In this document: positions 35,470 to 43,710 of the stretch, piece after piece
Layout: each line of letters opens with the position of its first letter
Position numbering within the stretch: position 1 is the first letter of the stretch
Origin: Mesotaenium endlicherianum
Lineage: Eukaryota
Length of the DNA: 43,710 nucleotides
Direction: 5' to 3'
Assembly (NCBI GenBank): GCA_009602735.1
Contig: WELA01002374.1
Coordinates: 1-43,710 of the forward strand
Notes under the pieces: model-generated
The model's input: the letters and a program-made list of their open reading frames with translations, nothing else
Databases searched by the model: none
What the model was told of the DNA's origin: nothing
Program-made: the position numbers and the translations under genes

Positions 35470-37712
35470 TCTGTTTGCGCGAGGAAGCCAGCGAGAGAGA
35501 GACAGGTGTCAGTCTCGAGCTTGTGTAACGCTCCTGGCCGCAGTCTTCCGCGGTTGGATCAACCGCACTGGGTGCAACCGAGGGTGCAGATCGAGCGGCA
35601 GGCCCTTGAGAAGTCAAAGCCGTGGATCAAGTTCCACAATCCAGGAGACTTCGATTCCGCCCTCTTCGCAAATGGGCTGCCGGTGTCTTCAATTGCCCTC
35701 AAGAGTTGCATGGCTGAAGGCAGTTCTGCTGTAGCTTTACAGATTTTTTTGCTCGTTGATTATTTATTTCTCTCCTTTGGATATTCCTGCACCGATGCAT
35801 GCAGGCTCCGGGCAGAATGTCCTTACGTTATTTATTTTTCTTTCTGGGGAGAATCCAAAAGTCCCATCTCCTTTGCCTGCCAGGGATGGGGGAGCGTATC
35901 TCTTCTTTCTTAGCTTTCCTTTAGTAGTTTCAAGTAGGACTCAGTCTTCAGCTGTTCTCACACTCATAAGTTCCATGCTGATTGCACCCCAGCCACATGA
36001 ATAGTATGCCTCTGGGTTTGGGATCGACTTTAGCACCAACAAGTGGCCGGATGGTGAAGTGTGATTAGGCGACTGCTATCCATCGGTTATTAGTTAGCCT
36101 TTCTTTTTTGTTGGCTGCGCGAGCAGAAGACAGACATTGAACTAAATTATTTAGAAATTATTATTCATTCATTCATTGCAGCTAAATAAACTATGTGCTC
36201 ATTCCTTTTTAAAGATGAAGTAGTATGATGTTGGTCTATCAAATTTCAGGAACGTACCTGGCAATACCACATGCATGCATGTGCGTGTAAGTCTTGTGCG
36301 TGAAACTAAACGAATTATGTATATAACAAGTGTCCTTGGGAACAGGAGGTACATATCTGAACGTTCAATAGACACCACGCTACAGTGTCTATGAGTGACA
36401 TACCCCAAAATATTTGGGTGATTCTAAAATGTTACTATGCATAGCTGGTATGTAAGTAAACAAATTTTCAATGAAAATTTCCAAAGATCACTTCATAATT
36501 GATACAAGATTGGTAAATTCTAAGCTTTTGACATCTACATGTCTGTCTGTAGAGGCAGAATTCCTCCACACGACACCTTACTAACAATGTGGCACATGTG
36601 AGTTCTTGTTGCTTTCGAGCATCTTTGTTTCAATTCTTTCATGGCCATATACTCATGCAGGGGAACCTTTAGCACATACAAACATGCATACGTACCCAAG
36701 CAACTTAGAGAAGTCCCCATTTCTACGCTCGATAGGGAGCACCAACGCACCTCCAACACTCCCTCCCACAGACATGGCAAATTTGTACTTCAGAAATGGA
36801 GCTGTGTCAAAACAGCGCAGGTTTGTGATAAAGCACGTCGCAGCACCGGGCTCTGGTGGTGCATGGACGAGTGATTCAAAACTAGCAGGGACGCAGTCGC
36901 CCTCAGTCAGCACACAGTAACAATATAGAACAACCTCGCATACTTCTTCAAACCTATATCCCTCAGCTCGAGAACTCAAGATTAACCCTCCCAGTCAAGC
37001 AGCCCTTAGCCTGACCAAGCACTTGCTGAAGCCAGAACAGACAGTTTGCAGACCTTTTACTCACAGTTCTACCTGGTGTTAGGGGAAATGACTTGTCCAG
37101 CTTATTTATATGAGTGAAGGAAAAGAGGTCACAACATGATAAAAAACATCAGCTTCACAAAAAGTCAGACGGGGAAAAAGACACGAGACTACGATGGGCC
37201 TCAAATTTCACCAATCTAGACCTGACCTCTAGCAGATCAGGTCTATTTTGAAGTGATTCGAAGAACTCCTAGTCAGCCCATATGACTTACACTCACTGAG
37301 GCCACTTTCCCCTCTGTCTGAACACACCTGTTACTCTTTCCCTGCATCTTCTATCTGTAATTATCTACAAACAGAGATAGGGAGGCATCCTCCACCTGTC
37401 CACCTCAATGTTTGATTCTCCCGCATCCCACAGGACACAAAATCCAAACTCGACCCCACGGGAGGCCAAATCTTAAAGCTGCTTCCTTCTGGACCTCGCA
37501 TATCATATCTAATCAGAACGCTAGCCCTTGCCCTAGACCTAAATCGGATACCTACACCAGACCCATATTTACGCTTCAGCACCTTCAGTTGTGACTGTGG
37601 ATCAGCAGAGGATTCAAGAGCACCTGCAAACACGCCACTGGCAAAAGCTTGCCACGCCTGCTGCCGAAGCCCACAGGCAGGCCCACGCCTGATGACGGTC
37701 ACGGCTCTCCTC

Positions 37713-40695
37713 TTACGCCAGGTGTCTGCCGGCGTCTGCATCAGCGCCCGCATCCTGCATCGGCGTGTCCCTGTCCCTCCGCGCAGGCTCCGTCGACAGA
37801 AAGCTGCCACGTGGCGCGCTCTCCTGGCCCGACGCTGCGTGCTGCTGCTGCCGTGTATCTTGCTGCGGAGTTGCACTCGAGAGGGAGGGAGAGCCTGCCC
37901 TGCCCTCCCCCCCTAAGGAGGACGGCCAAGGTGGAGGGGGGGGGGCACTTGGGTGCGGTCCTCCTGCTCCTGTTGTCGCATGACTATCCTGCTGCTGCTG
38001 CTGCTGCTGCTGTGCGGCGGCTGGGGAGAGAGTGGACTGGGTACCTTCGTGCGGAGAGCCCTGGTACTGGTGATGACTACTTGGTTGTTGGTGAGTGGTA
38101 GAAGGGGGGGGGGCAGAGGGCACGTGAGGGGCAGGCACCGAAGGCGGCTGCGACTGCTGCTGTGGCTGTGGCTGCACCTGGGACGAGGGAGGGGTGGGGC
38201 CCTGCTCCCTGTCCTTCTCCCTCTCCCTCTCACGGTCACCACGATGCGAGCCCGAGGACGACGGTGGGGAGCGCTCACGCTGCGAGCGCTCGCGCTGCAG
38301 AGCCGCCTGGAGGTTAAGGCCAACATCCGAACTGCTGGGCTGCGGTGCATTTGAGGTTTGGCCGCTGCCGCCGCCGCCGCCCTCTCGCGCGCTGTCTCGG
38401 AGGGGGGAAGCGGACACGGGCCGGTCGCGGGGGGGGGACATGGGAAGCGTCGGGCGCAGAGAGGAGTCACCCCCGTGCGGCAAGTGGGGGGATTTTGATA
38501 TCCTCGAGAGGGGAGCAGGGCTCGACATCTGTTGCCCCTGCCCTTGCCCCTGGCCCTGCCCCTGGCCCTGCCCCTGGCCCAGCCCCGGTCTTTGGTGCGC
38601 AAGCATGTGCGCTTGCAGGTGCGGCTGCGAGTGGGGCGCGTTTGACGCCCCCCCTGTCTGGCGCCCCCCTCCTGAGCCAGCACCGGCATGCTGCTGCTGC
38701 TGCTGGCTGTGGTGATTGTGGTGGTTGTGCACTTTTCCGGTCAGCGACGCCAGGTCGCGCTTCTTGGGCGGCACCGCCACAGAGGGCGGCGCCGGCGCTG
38801 GCGGAGGTGCCGACGGCTGCTCCCCTGGGTAGCCTCCTCCTCCAACGGGCGCATGGCTGGCATTCCCACCCCCAGCCCCGCTGCTGTTGCCCCCGCCGCC
38901 GCCGCCGCTGTGTGGGGAATAAGGGCGCTTTCGCTCGTACCCTGATCCTGCCCCTGCCCCTGCCCCTGCCCCAGCCGACGCATGGCCTCCCCCGCCAGGA
39001 TGCGGACTTCCCCCTCCTCTCTCTGCCGCTGCTGTGCCGGCACTGCTGCCTGAGCCTGCGCCCTGAAGATAGGCGTGCTCCCCTGCCCCTCCTGCCCCGC
39101 CAGAACTTAAGGTGCTGCCGCCGCCGCCGCCCCCGGCAGCACCCCCCTGCTGAGAGTGGGACTGGGACTGGGACAGCGAACGCGACAGCAGGAGCGCGTG
39201 CGGCGACTGAGCCTCGCCCCTCAGCTCGCGCTCCTTCTCCTTGAAGGCCTTCATGGGCGGCATCGGCATGCTAGCACCGCCAGACGACACCGATCCCCCT
39301 GCAGCCCCCGCCCCAGCACCTGCTCCAGCTCCCCCCAGTCCCCCTCCCCTGTGTCGCCCAGACCCGCCGCCCCCGCCGCTGGAGTTCGAGCCGGACCCGG
39401 CCGACATGGAGTCCGAGCGGGGGCTCGCATTTGCGCCACCTGGCAGCAGTGCAGGCTGCTCCTTGCCTGCCAGGTGTGCCTGCCCTCCCCTTTCTGGGGC
39501 TGCTCGGTCCTTCCCCGAGCCTACACCCGAGCCAAAGCCGGAGCCCAAGCCTGAGCCTGAGCCTCCTCCTCCTCTGTCTGCCCCGCTGCCTCCCCCGCTC
39601 TTGAAGCTGGCACCGCCACCTGGGCCCAGAAACGACTTGCCAACTGGCGAGCGCACCTTATTAAATGCAGCGGCGGCACCACTGCTGTTGCTGGGGCTCA
39701 TCGAACTGCTGTGCCCCCCCCCAAACCCACCCCCACCCCCACCCCCACCTCCCTGCGCTNCGCAGAACCCAGAGCCCTCAGCGGTCCCAGGGGCTGCTGC
39801 TGCTGCTGCTGCTGGCCCCCGTTTGCACTCGCGCTCCCTGACTTTCCGAACTTGGTGGCAGAGCGCGGCTTCGTCACCACCACGTGGGGGATAACGCCTC
39901 CTCCTTGCCCCATGAGTGGGGCCCCCGGCGCCCCTGCCCCCCCCGACGACAGCTGGCGGGGACTCCCCCCCGCACCGCCGCCGCCGCCGCTGCCGCCACC
40001 CCCACCGCTGCTGCTCCCGCTGCCCCCGCCACCACCAGGCCCTGCTGCCACAGGGCCTGCCGGCAACAGGGAGAAGGGCTTGACATCGCCAGCCATGGCT
40101 GCCGCCAGCGCCGCCGTGGCCCCCTCTGCATCTTCCTCCTCCTCCTCCTCCTCCGCATCCTCTGCTTCGGCTGCCGCCGCCGCCCCCCCAAGCTCGTCGT
40201 CTTCCTCCATCCCGCCGCCGCTGCCATCACCAATCTCGCCGTCCTCAAACAGCGTCGCGGAGAAGCTGCCCGCCCCATAGTAGCCGCCGCTGCTCTGGTG
40301 AAGGTGGTGGTGCTTGAGCGCTCGCAAGTGCCCCCCCCCCACACCGCCAGCCAGGGCGTGCGACAGGTCTCCCCCGCTGCCGCCCCCCGCCGACACATCG
40401 CCGCCTGCCGGCGACGAGGCGAGGCCGATGCCAGATGTCCGCGTCTCTTGCACCCTGTAGGGCGAGTGTGGGTGATACTTCAGCCCACCCCCCCCTCCCC
40501 CCCTCTCCCCGGAGAGCTTTGCGCCGCCAGAGAGGGAGGAGAAAGGCATGCCGACTGCACCTTCGGTGGCGTAGGGCAGGGAGGGCGAGCCCAGGTAGTC
40601 ATCGGGGTCGTCCACCTGCATGCCGCCCCCGCCTTGCGAGGAGGTGTCGCCAGATGTCAGCCTCATCTTTAGCTCCGGCGGAATGGGGCCAGAGC
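37713..40695 (-). CDS. Gene 3 giant low-complexity terminal exon (about 990 codons)
   Basis: Phase-1 acceptor after a long (CT)n tract. The ORFs 39698-40867 and 37713-39701 change frame at the N at 39760. Confidence 0.75.
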
Positions 40696-40730
40696 CTGGC
40701 CGAGAGCGAGAGCGAGACAGAGCGAGAGAA

Positions 40731-40812
<82 letters not shown>

Positions 40813-42783
40813 NGAGAGAGAGAGAGAGAGAGAGAGTGGAGGGCCCCAACGCACCAGCGGCATCCAACCACCACCCACAGAGGACACCCCCACAAAGAAG
40901 GCCACATCAGCACGAGCATGCGGTGAGGTCCTATCCAGAACGGGCAATCAGAATCGTCGCCGTCGTCATTGTCTTGCCTTTCACAAGCAAGCATGAAATG
41001 CACCAACAGCGAGGCAGGTGAGGCGGCCACTCGCCGGCACAGCAGGGCCCACAGGGACAAGAGAGGAATGAGATGGCCGCAGTGGCACACGATTGTCCAA
41101 AGGCACAAAGCCATCAATTTCAGGAGCACCACGCTCGCAGCTCGCACACACCATGCTCCTCCGTATGCAGGGATGGCATAGATGCAGGGGGGGAGAGGGG
41201 GGACCAAGAGGATGGGGAGGGACTGCAACTGGCATGTGAGCAACCCAATGGACCAGACGGCAGACGGCGTTAGAGTCACCCTCTCTCGGCAGTACGCGTA
41301 AGTGTAGCTGCTCTGACGTGAACGCCGTGTGTAACACCCAGAGAGGAGAGACACGCGTGGGGGACAGGAGAGCACCAGAAGGTCTCACGGGGCGCGTGCA
41401 ACTCTGAATCATTGTAAACAGCATCGTCACTACAGGCACATACGCAGACACGCCCATCACGCACACACGCACACACGCACACACAATCATGCAGACAGCT
41501 GTGAAGAGCAGAGGGTAAGACCAGAAGCAGCCAGAAGTGGAAGGAGGGGCAGCGGCATGAAAGAAGCCACCGTGGAAACACCCTCACCATGCGAGCGCTG
41601 CAGTGAGCGATATTGCAGCCGCACGCTCTCCCCGTTGTCCAACGTGTGCACCAGGTACCTGCACGCGCACACAAGTGCACACAGGCACCCGAGCACAAGC
41701 ACACGCACGTTCAGTCTTATTACCTACCAACGAACGAACGACCGACCGACCGAGCAAACCCCACAAACGCATGCAGACGCGCACCTCTTCCTGTGGCAAA
41801 CCACGCCCGCAGTGCAGCACAGTACGCGCGCACAACGGTGGGATTCAATACCACCCCCCCTGGACCATAACATGGTTTCAGGAAGAACAGTACCCCACAC
41901 GTGCATTAAACGTATCAACTGCATCCTGGATTGAATCAATTTGACAAAAATCGGAGACAACAAAGTATGTATGAGCAGTAACTGAAGGCTGCAGATATGA
42001 CAAGGGGGGGGGGGGCAGAGAGGGGCAGACAAGCATCTGCACGACGCAGGTGGAAATCAGAGAAGTCAAAGAGCATACTGGGGTCAACAGCAGGTCAGAG
42101 GGGGGTCGACGGGCGCGCACACCAGTGTGCACACTCACCAGCCATTCAAGCACTGGGACGTGATGATGGCCTCCCGGCCCACGAATTTCTCGGGCGTCCT
42201 CTTATTGCCCTGCAAGAGCAGATGTTCACACGCGGGAGCAACAAAGCTCAGGTGCAGAACACTTCCCAGCCCCATAAAACTTACTGACTTTCCTGCTGCC
42301 TGCAAAACTTATGCTCTCCTGCCGCCTCCCTCCCTCTCTCCTCCCCCCTCTTTCCCCTCCCCCTCGCCCCACCCTTTTCCTCCCCTCCTCGCCCTCCCCT
42401 CCTCAGGAGGGCACCACTGCCACAGAAGAACAAAAGAGAACTCCAACAGGAAATGGAGAAAGCAACCCCCCCCCAGGGATTGGAAAAAGGAGATGGTGAT
42501 GCAACACGACCACGCAAGCAGGCATCTGATTGTCACAACGCTCCCTCCCCCCCCCTACCCTACACCTCAACCTTGATGAGCACAACAGCCACAAGAGCCA
42601 CGCCGGCACTTCCCCTGGTGCTGCAAGTGCATGGCATACACTCGAGCATCCAGCAGCATACGACACTCACATGAATGAGCATGTGTACATACATAACACG
42701 CATAATAATGCGCACTTCCAAGACAGCTCAGATGAACGTCCGTGACGTCCCGCCGGACCCCAAGAGAGAGAAAGAGAAAGAGA

Positions 42784-42844
<61 letters not shown>

Positions 42845-42845
42845 N

Positions 42846-42880
<35 letters not shown>

Positions 42881-43378
42881 GGAGAGAGGGAGAGTGGAGA
42901 AAGGAGAGGTGGAGCATGCAAGCAAGTTATCGAGAGAGCGCACGCGCGCACCTTGATGAGCACGCGGTCGTTGACAGCAAACGGGAACTGCACGCCCTTC
43001 AGGCGCGGGCTGTCGCCCTCGTTGCCGCCGCCCGCCACCAGCGCCTGCTGCTGCTCTAGCGCCGCTGCGGCCCCCAGCCCCGCCAGGTGAGCCTGCACAT
43101 TCCCCCCCGTCCGCCAGGAGCCACTCAATGGCGTCAGCTGCCAGCTGAGTGAGCGAGCTCATGAAAGCAAGTCACTGCGAGTCAACGGGAATACGACCAC
43201 CCCCCAGCAACTACCCCCTCAAGTCAACACATGCACACCTTCCAGCAGCGTGGTGGATTTCACAGTGATCTGCTGTCTGAAAGAGGGCCGTGGCATGGAC
43301 AGGTGGCCTGCACTCAATCGCACGCACATCTGGCACATACCAGGATGAACCCCAAAACACGTGCATATACACACGCGC

Positions 43379-43434
<56 letters not shown>

Positions 43435-43692
43435 ATTAAGCATCGGCGGCACCCGCACAGCAAAGGAATCACGCGCATGCCTTGTGCGGACGCTTGTTCG
43501 GTCCTCCGCCGCTATGGCCCCTTTCCCCTCCTCCTCCGCCTCCGCCGCCGCCACCACCCGCGTTGGCGCCACCACCGTCGCCTCCTCCTTCAGCACTTTC
43601 CCTCTCCCGCCGCCGCTTGGCGCTGCGCATGGCCGCCACCTGCTGGGCGGCAACCTCCTCGCGCTTGAAAGCTGCCACTGCCGACCTAATGG
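37713..43692 (-). CDS. 5'-partial conserved plant protein of unknown function: small domain resembling the AFR1/AFR2 (SAP30 function-related) N-terminal domain plus a very long Gly/Ser/Gln/Pro-rich disordered C-terminus; probably nuclear
   Basis: Model: 43692-43481, 43276-43239, 43144-42952, 42209-42139, 41658-41588, 40695-37713, with a frame join across a single N at 39760. Conserved segment FPFAVNDRVLIK|GNKRTPEKFVGREAIITSQCLNGW|YLVHTLDNGESVRLQYRSLQ; basic helix AIRSAVAAFKREEVAAQQVAAMRSAKRRRERE; NLS-like PPKKR and RKRP. The first three exon boundaries are less certain (one needs a GC donor). The gene continues beyond the window end. Confidence 0.8.
40736..40836. repeat. (GA)n microsatellite; (CT)n polypyrimidine tract on the gene 3 sense strand
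   Basis: Long GA run with one N. Confidence 0.95.
41588..41658 (-). CDS. Gene 3 conserved-domain exon
   Basis: WYLVHTLDNGESVRLQYRSLQRSH; phase 2-1. Confidence 0.9.
42139..42209 (-). CDS. Gene 3 conserved-domain exon
   Basis: GNKRTPEKFVGREAIITSQCLNG; acceptor TGCAG|, donor |GTGAGT. Confidence 0.9.
42766..42877. repeat. (GA)n microsatellite in a gene 3 intron
   Basis: Long GA run with one N. Confidence 0.93.
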
Positions 43693-43710
43693 CTGCAAAC
43701 CCCCCCCCCC

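Noticed and set aside
37217..37245. 9-bp hairpin TAGACCTGA-N11-TCAGGTCTA, considered as a Helitron end or terminator
   Set aside because: A single short inverted repeat is expected by chance in 43 kb, and the spacing to the next CTAG is atypical for a Helitron end.
37624..37716. Possible terminal intron whose donor (GC|GTAAG) overlaps the gene 3 stop codon
   Set aside because: Splicing would add only two residues (CS) before a new stop, and it cannot be distinguished without RNA data.
38194..40672. Long plus-strand Pro/Ala-rich ORFs
   Set aside because: They are antisense shadows of the GC-rich gene 3 exon.

Overview
Eukaryotic, intron-rich genomic DNA with microsatellite-laden introns, GC3-rich exons and four N gaps (2013-2651, 10521-11079, 21451-21495, 26719-26951). 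It is most likely from a streptophyte green alga (inferred from RLK/Pelle genes with many introns). Manual splicing with intron phases checked gives three genes. Two are paralogous receptor-like kinases of CrRLK1L/FERONIA-like architecture (signal peptide, tandem malectin-like ectodomain without LRRs, one TM helix, RD kinase), arranged head-to-head 3.7 kb apart: RLK-A (- strand, 3744-22030, 18-19 exons, about 870-910 aa) and RLK-B (+ strand, 25769-35469, 18 exons, 994 aa). Both carry an unusual Glu-to-Asn change in kinase subdomain VIII (GYLDPNYY), which sits inside an apparent gene-conversion tract that also covers intron sequence. RLK-B has an RHLL (S1P-type) motif exon after the signal peptide and an open frame continuing 147 codons past its stop. 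RLK-A has one extra intron, decayed copies of an exon junction and telomere-like intron arrays. The third gene (- strand, 37713 to beyond the window end) encodes a conserved plant protein with a small domain resembling the AFR1/AFR2 (SAP30-related) N-terminal domain, followed by a roughly 990-aa disordered tail containing an EDGEI motif. The first 1.6 kb holds hAT transposon debris, including a 237-bp MITE with 9-bp TIRs and a perfect 8-bp TSD. No database searches were run; family assignments rest on motif recognition.
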